From Bdellovibrionota bacterium (GTDB taxonomy: Bacteria; Bdellovibrionota_C; UBA2361; JBGSMV01), in assembly GCA_041739995.1 (NCBI GenBank), contig JBGSMV010000061.1:1-64000 (forward strand): a stretch of 64,000 nt of DNA, given 5' to 3'. The first letter of the stretch is position 1. Each line of letters begins with the position of its first letter. Below the pieces are notes generated by a model that was given only the letters and a program-made list of their open reading frames with translations, did no database searches and had not been told where the DNA came from. A program made the translations under genes and the position numbers. Positions 1 to 9,838 of this stretch are shown here, in pieces.

Positions 1-1821
1 GTGACCGATTGTGGCTCTACTACGACTAAGGCTTTGCTTTTTGAGAACACCCCTCAGGGATGGCGCCAGACTTTTCGAGGTGAGGCACCAACTACGGTTG
101 AGGCGCCCGTCGCTGATGTTACCGTCGGAGCGCTGAATGCCTTCATTGAGATTCAAGAATTAAGTGGCCGGACTATATTGCTGGAGGATAGCTCCGAAGC
201 TACTCCGTTCCTGCTCTCCGAAGAATCAGCACAACCGCAGGCAAACGGAATCGATTTGTATCTTTCCACCAGTTCAGCAGGCGGTGGATTGCAAATGTTA
301 GTCGCTGGCGTGGTGCGACAAATGACTGCTGAGTCAGCAGAGCGCGCAGCACTTGGCGCAGGTGCGATCGTAATGGAGACTTTGTGTGCCGATGATGGGC
401 GCGAGGACTTTGAAAAAATAGAGAGAATTCGGCATCTTAGACCCGATATTGTGCTTATCACGGGTGGCACTGATGGCGGCTCGAGGTCTCATGCGGTCGA
501 ACTAGCGGAGTTGGTGCTGGCGGCTGCTCCGAGGCCACGCTTTGGAAGCACTCTGCGGTTGCCGGTCATCTATGCCGGAAATCGAGATGCGGCGCACGAG
601 GTCGAAGAGATCCTTTCATCAATCGCGCATGTTTCGGTGGTGGACAATGTTCGCCCGACTTTGGAGCAAGAACAGCTTGGCCCTGCGCGTGAAGCCATTC
701 ATGAGTTCTTTCTCTCTCACGTGATGAGTCACTCGCCCGGCTATGGAAAGTTGATGTCCTGGACACCAGTTCCAGTGATGCCAACACCTGCCGCGGTTGG
801 CGATATGGTGCAGAGTTATGCGAATACGCATGACTTGCAGGTGCTGTGTGCCGATATTGGTGGGGCTACTACCGACGTGTTCAGCGTACTCAAAAATCGA
901 GAGGACGCACCAATCTTTAATCGCACAGTGTCTGCGAACTATGGCATGAGCTACTCCATCGCCAATGTGCTGAAGGAAACGGGAGTAGAGAATATTGCAA
1001 GGTGGCTTCCGTATGATCTCGAGGCTTCAGAAATTAGGGACCGTCTGCGTAATAAGATGATACGCCCCACGTCTATTCCACAGACCATAGAGGATCTATG
1101 GCTTGAGCAAGCGGTGTGTCGAGAGGCATTGCGTCTGTCGTTGGATCATCATCGTTCACTCGCCGTCGGATTGAGCGGTGTTTCTCAGCGGCGAGGTATT
1201 GCGGACATATTCTCTCAACAACATAACCGTTACGAGCTTTTCGATCGCATGAGTCTCGATCTGGTGATTGGATCCGGCGGAGTGCTTAGTCATGCCCCGC
1301 ATCGACTTGAGGCGGCGCTTATGATGCTGGACGGATTTGCGTTAGAGGGCCTCACGCAAATCGCAGTGGACTCAATTTTCATGATGCCGCACTTAGGCGT
1401 GCTGGCTTCGGTGCATCCAAAGGCGGCCGAGCAGATTTTTCTCTCAGATTGTCTTGTCAGTATTTGTCACGCCTTGGCGCCAGTATATTCAAAGGCAGCG
1501 AAGTTTACTGGGCCGCTTGCGGTGCTCAAAGTCAATGGTAGCGAGTGCGCCCAAGTACAGCGCGGGACAGTGTCGATTGTCGACCTTGCCGAGGGCCAGG
1601 AGCTCGAGATTGTGGTTGAGCCCAAACACAGAACGGTGAACGTAGGCGCAGGGCCAGGAGAGGTGCTGACACGAACTATTGTTGCTGGTCTGCACGGCAT
1701 TATTTTAGATGGGCGCAATCGGCCGATTGAATTTTCGAGCACTTCAGCGCAGCGTATTGCAGACCAGCGACTGATCCTTAAAGGTCTTGGGCTTGAACGC
1801 GACGGAGGTGCCTGTGGCTAG
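1..1821 (+). CDS. Glutamate mutase L (GlmL/MutL)-like ASKHA-fold ATPase, probably 5'-truncated by the window edge
   Basis: N-terminal TDCGSTTTKA phosphate-1 motif, STSSAGGGL, second DIGGATTDVFS motif and GSGGVL, all typical of the GlmL/MutL family. Confidence 0.75.
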   Translation: MTDCGSTTTKALLFENTPQGWRQTFRGEAPTTVEAPVADVTVGALNAFIEIQELSGRTILLEDSSEATPFLLSEESAQPQANGIDLYLSTSSAGGGLQMLVAGVVRQMTAESAERAALGAGAIVMETLCADDGREDFEKIERIRHLRPDIVLITGGTDGGSRSHAVELAELVLAAAPRPRFGSTLRLPVIYAGNRDAAHEVEEILSSIAHVSVVDNVRPTLEQEQLGPAREAIHEFFLSHVMSHSPGYGKLMSWTPVPVMPTPAAVGDMVQSYANTHDLQVLCADIGGATTDVFSVLKNREDAPIFNRTVSANYGMSYSIANVLKETGVENIARWLPYDLEASEIRDRLRNKMIRPTSIPQTIEDLWLEQAVCREALRLSLDHHRSLAVGLSGVSQRRGIADIFSQQHNRYELFDRMSLDLVIGSGGVLSHAPHRLEAALMMLDGFALEGLTQIAVDSIFMMPHLGVLASVHPKAAEQIFLSDCLVSICHALAPVYSKAAKFTGPLAVLKVNGSECAQVQRGTVSIVDLAEGQELEIVVEPKHRTVNVGAGPGEVLTRTIVAGLHGIILDGRNRPIEFSSTSAQRIADQRLILKGLGLERDGGACG

Positions 1822-2977
1822 CTCTAAAGCACCGTCAAGCGCGCGCGCATTTGCCCCGGGACTCACCGTGACCTCTTCGACGCATGTTGAACGTCGGCGC
1901 GAACTGCCCTTGCCCGGGGAGTTGTTGGTGCGTGTAGGTGATGAGGTAAAGCCCGACCAAGTAGTGGCACGAGCAAATTTGCCCGGCGATCTGTATATCC
2001 TCAAATTGCCAGAAAAAATGGGCATTCAGCCCCCTGAAGTGTTGTCTGGATTACGTGTCAAAGTGGGCAGCGTAGTGCAGGCCGGGGATCTTCTGTGCCA
2101 GCATGCCGGACTGTTCGGTTGGCTAAAAACTCGATTCAATGCGCCGGTGGATGGGACCGTTGAGCTTATATCTCCAGAAACTGGGCATGTTGCTTTACGC
2201 GCGGCACAAAAACCTATCTCTGTGAATGCATATATTGGTGGTCGAGTCCTGTCTTGTGAAGAGGGCAAGTCGGTAACGATTGGGAGTCAGGCTGCGCTGG
2301 TGCAAGGAATTTTTGGTGTCGGAGGCGAGCGCGTAGGTAGTTTGCATGTTCTCCCCGTTCCTGAGGGACATGTGCTTACTGAAGCGGATATACCTTCTGA
2401 CTGCGAGAAGAAGGTCTTAGTGGGCGGAATGTCGCCGAGTGCGGCAGTGTTGATACTTGCCGCCGAGCGTGGTGCGAGCGGACTGGTTGTGGGGTCCATT
2501 GATGACCGTGCTTTGCATGAGTATGTCGGGAAAGATATTGGCATTGCTTTGACCGGTGACGAGGATATCTCAATGACTCTGATTGTTACTGAGGGATTTG
2601 GCCGCATTGCTATGGCAACGCGCATTCCTGCGCTGCTTAGAGCCCTTCAAGGGCGAGAGGTCTCAATTAATGGTGCCACACAAGTGCGCGCGGGGGCGGT
2701 GCGCCCTGAATTGATTGTTTCAAACGTAGAGAGCGGAACCTTAAGTTCAGTTGCCACAGATTCTGCTGGTGCCTCGCGTCAGGGCGGTGGGCTTGAGATC
2801 GGAAGCAAGATTCGGTTGATTCGGGTGCCTTACTTTGGTCTAAGGGCAGAGGTTGTTGAGTTGCCTCCAAAAGCTGAGGAGATTCCTACTGGAGCGTCAG
2901 CGCGCGTGCTCCGAGCTCGTCTTGAAGATGGCGAAGTGGTTAGTGTGCCACGAGCGAACGTAGAACTCGTCGGATAA
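1814..2977 (+). CDS. Conserved hypothetical protein coupled to the GlmL-like gene, with barrel-sandwich-hybrid-like repeats and a KOW-like C-terminus
   Basis: GTG at 1814 after GGAGG overlaps the upstream stop; repeated V(R/K)VG(D/S)xV motifs; ends with IRLIRVPYFG...VPRANVE. Confidence 0.65.
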   Translation: MASSKAPSSARAFAPGLTVTSSTHVERRRELPLPGELLVRVGDEVKPDQVVARANLPGDLYILKLPEKMGIQPPEVLSGLRVKVGSVVQAGDLLCQHAGLFGWLKTRFNAPVDGTVELISPETGHVALRAAQKPISVNAYIGGRVLSCEEGKSVTIGSQAALVQGIFGVGGERVGSLHVLPVPEGHVLTEADIPSDCEKKVLVGGMSPSAAVLILAAERGASGLVVGSIDDRALHEYVGKDIGIALTGDEDISMTLIVTEGFGRIAMATRIPALLRALQGREVSINGATQVRAGAVRPELIVSNVESGTLSSVATDSAGASRQGGGLEIGSKIRLIRVPYFGLRAEVVELPPKAEEIPTGASARVLRARLEDGEVVSVPRANVELVG

Positions 2978-2995
2978 AAGCCTTCCTACTATCTT

Positions 2996-3113
2996 GGGAG
3001 TTTCTGAAATTCCAACTCTTTGTGGTCTTAGTGTGTTTGGTGGTGCAAACAAACACTAGCAATTGGCCGAAGTTTGATTGAACCACAAAGGCCACCAAGG
3101 TAGAAGCATGGGG
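2996..3113 (+). repeat. Dispersed intergenic repeat family A, copy 1
   Basis: Core GTGGTGCAAACAAACACTAGCAATTGGCCGAAGTTTGA matches the reverse complement of the 5725-5842 region; arms CTTTGTGGT and ACCACAAAG are inverted. Confidence 0.8.
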
Positions 3114-3140
3114 TTTCCGGTCTCTCTGCCTACTCTGCCA

Positions 3141-3542
3141 CTATGACTTTGTTTTGAAGATTGCTTCCATCTTCTTTTGCAGGATTTCAGCGGTGAATGG
3201 CTTGACGATGTAGTTCGAGACTCCTGCGCGTGCGGCGTCGAGGATATTTTCTTTTTGTGATTCGGCCGTGACCATCAGAAATGGAATGGTGCTCAACTTA
3301 TTGTCACCACGCACCGCCTTGAGAAGATCGATGCCCATCATATTGGGCATGTTCCAGTCAGAGATGATGAATTTGAAATCAGTGTCTTCTAGTTTTGATA
3401 GAGCAGCGGAGCCGTCTTCTGCTTCAGTGACATTGGCAAAGCCAAGTTGAGTGAGACAGCTCTTTACCACGCGACGCATCGTAGAAAAGTCATCCACGAT
3501 GAGAATCGGCATATTCTTGTCTAAGGAATCTAGGATCGACAT
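3141..3542 (-). CDS. cheY: Chemotaxis response regulator CheY
   Basis: ILIVDDFSTMRR, ISDWNMPNMMG, LMVTAE, NYIVKPFT. Confidence 0.9.
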   Translation of the reverse strand: MSILDSLDKNMPILIVDDFSTMRRVVKSCLTQLGFANVTEAEDGSAALSKLEDTDFKFIISDWNMPNMMGIDLLKAVRGDNKLSTIPFLMVTAESQKENILDAARAGVSNYIVKPFTAEILQKKMEAIFKTKS

Positions 3543-3581
3543 CTTATACTCCTACCTTCTCAACCTCTCGAACTTTACCCG

Positions 3582-3887
3582 TTAGTTTGCGACCGGGGTT
3601 TCTTCCTCGGGGAACGAAACGTCACCGACTTTTTTTTCAACGAACGTTTTCCAGCGGGACTGCTCAGAGGAGGAGGTCCCGGTTTGTTCTTTGTGGCACC
3701 AGTATTCTGGACACGCAGTGCCTTGAGTGTGTTTTGGGTGAGCAGGAGTGCGGCACAATACATCGCCGGGTTGGGCGATGTAGTTCAGCCAGTACTTTGC
3801 CTTTTTGATGTCCTCACAGACGAAGACGGGTTCCAGAGCACCCGATGAGCTGACTCGATAAATGACGAAGGGAGATTTCCAGCTCAT
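3582..3887 (-). CDS. Hypothetical protein, 101 aa, upstream of cheY
   Basis: ATG-started ORF co-oriented with cheY, 39-bp gap, protein-like composition. Confidence 0.65.
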   Translation of the reverse strand: MSWKSPFVIYRVSSSGALEPVFVCEDIKKAKYWLNYIAQPGDVLCRTPAHPKHTQGTACPEYWCHKEQTGTSSSEQSRWKTFVEKKVGDVSFPEEETPVAN

Positions 3888-4258
3888 GGATGACGTTCCC
3901 GGTAACTCGAATAGGGGTTAATCGTTCCCCCTTGTAGGAGGAACCGGCTTCAAGAAGAAGTATCGTCACAAGGGGGTGAAATATTGAGAGTGGGGACTGA
4001 AGTCCGGGCGGTAGCTCCATCGCCTGAAAAGCATGTAAGTATAGTGAGTTAGGCCTCAATTTGATTGAGGGGGGCAGCTAAGAGAGGCGTTGTGGCTCAC
4101 CCGGAGGGCTCGCTACGGGAGCGGGCAAGGCCTCAGCGAAGGGATTCTTCTGAGAGCCTCAGCCTATTGCTTTGGTACGTTTGCGAATGGGTGGGGACTA
4201 GACTAAGTCTCATCACGCGCGCGCTTTCATTTTATAATTTTTATAAAGGAGACGGCAT

Positions 4259-4900
4259 ATGTCGATACAGTTAGGGGATAAGGTACCTGATTTCAGCGCT
4301 GAAACGACTGAGGGAATGGTGACATTCCATTCCTGGCTCGGCGACTCGTGGGGCATCCTCTTCTCTCACCCCGCTGACTTCACTCCGGTGTGCACCACCG
4401 AACTCGGGGCGGCAAGCAAGCTCAAAGGTGAGTTCGAGAAGCGCAACTGCAAAATGATCGCCATCAGTGTGGATTCTGTAGAAGATCATAAGCGCTGGAT
4501 TTCAGACATTAACGAAACCCAAGGTTGTACGGTGAACTTTCCGATAATCGCGGATATGACCCAAGAAGTTGCCAAACTCTACGGAATGATACATCCCAAC
4601 GCGGCTTCAACGGGAAGCACCATGACTGTGCGGTCTGTCTTCATCGTTAAGCCAGACAAGACCCTGGCCCTCTCGATTACTTACCCGGCATCGACGGGAA
4701 GAAACTTCGATGAGATTCTGCGTGTCATCGACTCTTTGCAGCTTACCGCACAGTTTAAAGTGGCGACTCCCGCAAACTGGAAGCGAGGTGGTGAATGCAT
4801 CATCGTCCCAGCGGTAAAGAATAACGAGATTCCTGAGCTGTTCCCTAAGGGTCACCGAGAGGTAAAGCCGTACCTCAGATATACTCCGCAGCCAAACTAG
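4259..4900 (+). CDS. 1-Cys peroxiredoxin (Prx6 family)
   Basis: FSHPADFTPVCTTE, YPASTGRNFDEILRVIDSLQ, ATPANW; AAGGAG RBS. Confidence 0.95.
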   Translation: MSIQLGDKVPDFSAETTEGMVTFHSWLGDSWGILFSHPADFTPVCTTELGAASKLKGEFEKRNCKMIAISVDSVEDHKRWISDINETQGCTVNFPIIADMTQEVAKLYGMIHPNAASTGSTMTVRSVFIVKPDKTLALSITYPASTGRNFDEILRVIDSLQLTAQFKVATPANWKRGGECIIVPAVKNNEIPELFPKGHREVKPYLRYTPQPN

Positions 4901-5106
4901 CTATTTGCCTTCGTATAGCTCCGGGAGCTTTCCGGGACCGCGTATCTAGTGGGGTTGTGAAAAGAGTCTTTCACAACCCTGCTAGTGCGCTGAGTCAGAA
5001 GTTCATTTAAGTATTTTTCTCGCTGTTCTCGCCGAATTCCGCACTCAGGACACGAGGCGGGGCTCGGTAGCCTTTGGAAGCTTTTTCCCGCAAACAGCAA
5101 TCGTGG

Positions 5107-5664
5107 CTAGGCATTTAGAACTTGCCGCGTTGAAGTTGGAACAAACAGACGCCTGTCATTCTCCACGGTTAGCGCATCCTTGCCCCAGTCATGCGGGACG
5201 ATCTCTGAGTTATAGGGGAAGCGACCCTCTTCCTGAGGGCTGTAGGTGACGCTGGTAATATAGAACAAATGCGCTTCGTTGCTGAGCACTTTAAGACCAT
5301 GCAGCACGCCCGGTGGAATTTTTACGCACACGTTGTGTGAATCATCAGTAGCGGCGGTATCAGATCCTCCCATGCGAAATACTAGCTTCTGCTTAAAAGT
5401 TGGGCTCTCAGGGCGATTATCAAACAGAACGGTTTCTACCTGACCAAGTGCTAAGTACCACCAGTCAATTTGTACATGGTGATAGTGCCAGGCCTTCACC
5501 ACGTTTTTGATCATGCGGCTGTGGCTCCACTGCCCGAAGTGCTCGCCTTCAAAAAATGGATCGTTGTGGCGAATTACTTCACGGAAGTACCCGCGGTCGT
5601 CACTATGCGATTTCAGGTTCTTTAACATTACTCCGTGAATGGCATTGTCTTTTGGTAGTGTCAT
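5107..5664 (-). CDS. dTDP-4-dehydrorhamnose 3,5-epimerase (RmlC)-family cupin
   Basis: DDRGYFRE, KAWHYH, IPPGVLHG motifs. Confidence 0.8.
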   Translation of the reverse strand: MTLPKDNAIHGVMLKNLKSHSDDRGYFREVIRHNDPFFEGEHFGQWSHSRMIKNVVKAWHYHHVQIDWWYLALGQVETVLFDNRPESPTFKQKLVFRMGGSDTAATDDSHNVCVKIPPGVLHGLKVLSNEAHLFYITSVTYSPQEEGRFPYNSEIVPHDWGKDALTVENDRRLFVPTSTRQVLNA

Positions 5665-5724
5665 AACAGTCCTTGCTACTTTCCGATCGAACTATTCAGG
5701 TCCCGCATCTAAAGGACCTGAGTA

Positions 5725-5842
5725 GCCCGTGTTTCAATCTTCGTGCGCTTTGTGGTCTTCCAGGTTTATTCAAATTTAGGCCAATTTCTAGAGTTTGTTT
5801 GCACCACTAAGACCACTAAGATTTGGCTTTGCAGAATTTTCC
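5725..5842 (-). repeat. Dispersed intergenic repeat family A, copy 2 (inverted relative to copy 1)
   Basis: GTTTGTTTGCACCAC at 5793-5807 is the reverse complement of 3040-3054; flanks align over about 110 bp. Confidence 0.8.
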
Positions 5843-6861
5843 TAGTTGTGTCGTGCGCGACGGACGCGATCCATAATAGCTCGCCCAAGTCCTTTGTCGG
5901 CGCATGAATCAACCGCAATTAGATCTAGTCCCTGCTGGTCGAGTTCTCTAAGAGCGGCAAACAGGTTTGCCCCGATTTCAACGAGATCCGCCGTTTGGCT
6001 AATGGTGGTTATTACCTGGAAGTGCTCACGATTCAACACTGTGCATTCGTTACTAAAGGAAATAAGCCCTCGCTGGAGCTTAGAGTCACCTCGAGCTGAG
6101 CCCGATGGAAAGTGAACCTGGCTGAGCAGCTGCAACGGAGTGCGCGGTGCATAGTGCAGGTGGTGGAGTCCGGGGGAGGTTGCATGGGATTCCGCGTCCT
6201 TCAAATTCAACGTGGTGCTTTCAGGAACATAAACCTGCTCTCCAAGGACCGCTTCGAGCTCGGCACGGGTCACGGCTCCTGGGCGAAGTATGGCGACCTT
6301 TGCCTCGCAGAGATTCACCACGGTTGATTCCAAACCAATAGTGCAGGCCCCTCCATCGAGTATGAGAGGGATACTGTCGCCAAAATCACGGTACACATGC
6401 GCTGCGGTGGTGGCACTTACACCGAATGAAAGATTGGCGCTTGGTGCGGCTATAGGAAGCTTTACAAGCTCAAGCAACCGAAGAGCGACTGGGTGAGAGG
6501 GAATTCTTACCGCAACTGTTTCACCACCTGCGGTAACAAGTGAGGAGATTTGGGAATGCTTGGGTAGTACTAGTGTGAGTGGGCCTGGCCAAAAAGGGAA
6601 CAAGCGGTCCATGCGTGCTTTGATTTGGGATTTTCCTGAAAGGTCGGCAACGTTAGCGGCCTGGTCTGGACTCGCGACGTGCACGATCAGAGGGTTCGAT
6701 GCGGGTCGACCCTTCAGATGAAAGATCTGCTGCACGGCTGATTGATTGAGCGCGTTGGCGCCAAGCCCATAAACGGTCTCTGTGGGAAAGGCGACGACCT
6801 GTCCTGACTGCAGAGCCTGGGCAACTTGAAGCAGGGCCTCGTCTGTCGGTTGAATTATCAT
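5842..6861 (-). CDS. tsaC: L-threonylcarbamoyladenylate synthase, Sua5 type
   Basis: VAFPTETVYGLGA, KGRPASNPLIVH, WPGPLT, AAPSAN; SUA5 C-terminal domain (HYAP...GLGRAIMDR). Confidence 0.92.
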   Translation of the reverse strand: MIIQPTDEALLQVAQALQSGQVVAFPTETVYGLGANALNQSAVQQIFHLKGRPASNPLIVHVASPDQAANVADLSGKSQIKARMDRLFPFWPGPLTLVLPKHSQISSLVTAGGETVAVRIPSHPVALRLLELVKLPIAAPSANLSFGVSATTAAHVYRDFGDSIPLILDGGACTIGLESTVVNLCEAKVAILRPGAVTRAELEAVLGEQVYVPESTTLNLKDAESHATSPGLHHLHYAPRTPLQLLSQVHFPSGSARGDSKLQRGLISFSNECTVLNREHFQVITTISQTADLVEIGANLFAALRELDQQGLDLIAVDSCADKGLGRAIMDRVRRARHN

Positions 6862-6867
6862 GGCCTT

Positions 6868-8091
6868 TTAACTCAAAGGTCCGTTCCAACTTGTGCTGCG
6901 AATCACCTCAAGCAACCCCTGCGCAATAATCTCGTGGCCAATCGCATTGGGATGGCAACCATCAGAAGAGACGTAGAGCAGCGGCTCTTGCGAAAGCAGA
7001 GTACCAAGATCTTTTCGAAGCGCCTGTGCTTTGGTTGCATAGATTTCAGCAGACTGAATCTTTGGAAGTGACTCAAGCAAGAGTTCTTGACCGTCAAGCT
7101 GAAGAAAGCCTTTTCTTTTGGCGATGGCGGCAGCGCTTCTGCGATATTGTGCAGGGGTGCAAAGCGAGAGCAGTAGGGTTTGTGCCCCAGCTGCCTTTGC
7201 AGATTCGCCCATGCGTACCAGGTTCGAACGGTAACGTTTACGTTCAACGGCAGTGACAAGTTGATTCGGGACTGCTGTGGGTTTGGGGGCGAGGAGGTGA
7301 GTAAGTACTCGCACAAAGGCGCTGCGCTGAAGTATCTTTCGAATCGCAGAGCTGTTCGCAGATTCTTTGAAGCTCGAGACCTGAGCCGTATGCGAAGTCA
7401 CAACCTTCTTGGCATCGTTTGCTCCAAATCCGAGAATGACTAGGTCTGGGTGATAGTGTGACGCGAACTGATCGAAAATAAGGCTGCCGTATTCTGACGA
7501 ATCTCCAGGGATTGCAAAGTTCCCGACTTCGACCGCAGAGAATGTCTTGTCGGATTGCGTTGCGAGCGATCCTGGGGTGAGCTGTTGGGCAAGTAGTTCA
7601 GAGTACATTTGATCTTGATTGACGCCCCAACCGAACGAGCTGGAGTCTCCAAAGACTAATATTCGAAAGGTGCCGGTAGCTTTATTCTCACTAAGCTCAG
7701 GACCACGAAACCCAAGCGAGTTACTTTGGATTCGATAGCGCTCCTGAAGTTCACGAGGAATGCGGCTAAAGGTGTTGAGCACAGACGTATCGATCAGGGG
7801 AAGAAGCCGCACCCGGTACCCATTTCCCTCTTGAAACAGATTCATCCATTGCAGCGCTTCTGGATCTAGAGAGGCGCGCACCGAAGCTCGTGCCACCGCG
7901 TTGTCTTCACGTAGCATCCACGTAGGCATTTCCAGAACCTGCGGCGTACTGGGTGAGGTTCTCTTGGCGATTCGGCTATCCAGGTCAAAGACGCGACAGG
8001 TAAGCTCTAGGGCCAGCAGTACGAGCGCGGGAATAACAAGGGCAAGTAGCGGTCCTATGAATCGGGAAGTGGCGACTGAGTGTTGAGTCAC
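6868..8091 (-). CDS. SGNH/GDSL hydrolase with N-terminal membrane anchor
   Basis: NSLGFRG, FGDSSSFGWG (block I), GAND (block III), DGCHPNAIGH (block V). Confidence 0.85.
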   Translation of the reverse strand: MTQHSVATSRFIGPLLALVIPALVLLALELTCRVFDLDSRIAKRTSPSTPQVLEMPTWMLREDNAVARASVRASLDPEALQWMNLFQEGNGYRVRLLPLIDTSVLNTFSRIPRELQERYRIQSNSLGFRGPELSENKATGTFRILVFGDSSSFGWGVNQDQMYSELLAQQLTPGSLATQSDKTFSAVEVGNFAIPGDSSEYGSLIFDQFASHYHPDLVILGFGANDAKKVVTSHTAQVSSFKESANSSAIRKILQRSAFVRVLTHLLAPKPTAVPNQLVTAVERKRYRSNLVRMGESAKAAGAQTLLLSLCTPAQYRRSAAAIAKRKGFLQLDGQELLLESLPKIQSAEIYATKAQALRKDLGTLLSQEPLLYVSSDGCHPNAIGHEIIAQGLLEVIRSTSWNGPLS

Positions 8092-8190
8092 GGTGGGATC
8101 AAAAAAAGGCTACAGGCATCAGAAAGGATAGCTTGGGCGTTTGCGAAAGGAAGTTCGCCTCAATAAGCGAAGTGCCTAAAGGGAGTCGAA

Positions 8191-8733
8191 TTACGGTCTG
8201 AAAACGTCGTCTATCGCTTCTACCTGGCACTGTTGTAATTGCCCATACAGTCCTCGAATAGTTTCATCCGGGATGCTTCCACGGATGAGGTTGCCCGAGA
8301 GCTGGTTATCAAAGCGTTCTACGCACTCTTTGTTTACAAATTGAGGTCCCAACAGAGCAAACTCCTGGCCGCCTTGGTCCGAAGATAGAGTGCTTCTTAG
8401 AAAAGCGAGGCGTGCGAGCTCGGTGTGAGCGCAGCGTTCGTCCCGGGCAGCAGCTTGAAAACAGCTTGAACGTCTGTCGGTGTCTAGGGCTACGCATTCT
8501 TTGAGTAAGCCGCCACATGGACTTGTGTCGGGGTTGATCGGGGCAGAAGCCAGAGCGGAGGGATTCGTTCCAAGAGGGTCAATCTCACCGGCGCTCTGTT
8601 CGTCGAATAGCGGTGCGCCTTCGGTCTCGGCATGCGCCTGATTTAGGGCTAGTGCAGACACCACAACGAGTGCGCAGGCGGCCACTAAACTACGGAAGCT
8701 CAGAGATAGGGAGGTGGTGGAAATTGTGGTCAT
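8191..8733 (-). CDS. Hypothetical secreted Cys-containing protein
   Basis: Signal-peptide-like N-terminus ending AHA; six Cys in the mature region. Confidence 0.65.
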   Translation of the reverse strand: MTTISTTSLSLSFRSLVAACALVVVSALALNQAHAETEGAPLFDEQSAGEIDPLGTNPSALASAPINPDTSPCGGLLKECVALDTDRRSSCFQAAARDERCAHTELARLAFLRSTLSSDQGGQEFALLGPQFVNKECVERFDNQLSGNLIRGSIPDETIRGLYGQLQQCQVEAIDDVFRP

Positions 8734-8918
8734 AAGTTGCCTCGCAATGTGCTACCAACATAGTGCTTCCGAGAGATAGTCTCCCGAGCGTGGCTAGTTT
8801 ATCACTTTCCGTGCGGTTAACCAAAGGCGAGGGTGCAGAACTGTAGGTAACCTAGTGGGATCTCTATGCATTTAGGTCTTGGCGTCTGGACATTTGAGGG
8901 ACACTATATCGTCAGCGT

Positions 8919-9824
8919 ATGCGGGACGTTGGAGCTATGGGTCAAATACTAGCGGCTTCTGAATTTCTTCAAGCCTTCGGGCCAATTCCGCGAGTGCTGT
9001 CGCGCACGGTGCGCGCAATCCGGAATGCAGAAGCGCTCTTCTCTCATGGAGGTGCGGTTGATTTGCACGAGGTGTTGGCGGGAGTAACGGAGCTTGTATT
9101 TCGAGCTCCCACCAACGAAGCAGTGTTAGTCGCCGCAGTCGAGGAAATGCACCCGATGCATCTTGATGACTATCCAGAGATGCCGGCAGCTCAGCTCACT
9201 CGGTTTCTAGGTCCGGCCGAAACGATGGCGGTGCTTTCCCTGTCATTTTTGACACGACGTCTGTCGCAGGTATGTGACCCAGAGCCTTGGGGTATTCTTA
9301 CTGGCCGCATGCGTCAACAGATTGCGATTGGGAGAATTCTGGGCGACAGAATGCCTCGAGTGGGAGGTGGGCGAGGGATGCTGCTTGCAGGATTGCCATT
9401 CGTAGCGGTGGGATCCCTGCTGGCAACTTGCCCAAAGGAGTTCTCCCAGTACCAAGCAGCATTTCGCTCGTCCAAGCGTCTTTGGGATACTGCTCGTGAG
9501 CAGGAGCTCTTTGGTGTGTCGCACCTCGAGGTTGCCGCAGCGCTCGCACGTGAGGTTGGGTTGGGGGCAACTTTTAGCACTACCTTTCTTCCGCGCAGAT
9601 CTGCTGAGCTCGGCTCGGAAAGTGAGAGCGAGCGGTTCCGTCTAATACAAATGTGCGAGTTACTGCAAATCTTTGGTGATCCGCGATACCCCGAATGTGC
9701 ATGTATTGCGGAACGTTTTGAGCCGGCGGTGATCGAAGGCCTCGCAGAAAATATTGAAGAGGTCTTAAAGAATCCCCGCGTAAGTGAGTGGTTGTTCGCG
9801 AGCGGACGTGACGAGGTGGAGTAG
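8919..9824 (+). CDS. Divergent HDOD-like domain protein
   Basis: EQELFGVSHLEVAAALAREVGL resembles the HDOD/HD C-terminal motif; precedes a response regulator. Confidence 0.55.
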   Translation: MRDVGAMGQILAASEFLQAFGPIPRVLSRTVRAIRNAEALFSHGGAVDLHEVLAGVTELVFRAPTNEAVLVAAVEEMHPMHLDDYPEMPAAQLTRFLGPAETMAVLSLSFLTRRLSQVCDPEPWGILTGRMRQQIAIGRILGDRMPRVGGGRGMLLAGLPFVAVGSLLATCPKEFSQYQAAFRSSKRLWDTAREQELFGVSHLEVAAALAREVGLGATFSTTFLPRRSAELGSESESERFRLIQMCELLQIFGDPRYPECACIAERFEPAVIEGLAENIEEVLKNPRVSEWLFASGRDEVE

Positions 9825-9838
9825 GCGCCAGGAGAGAC

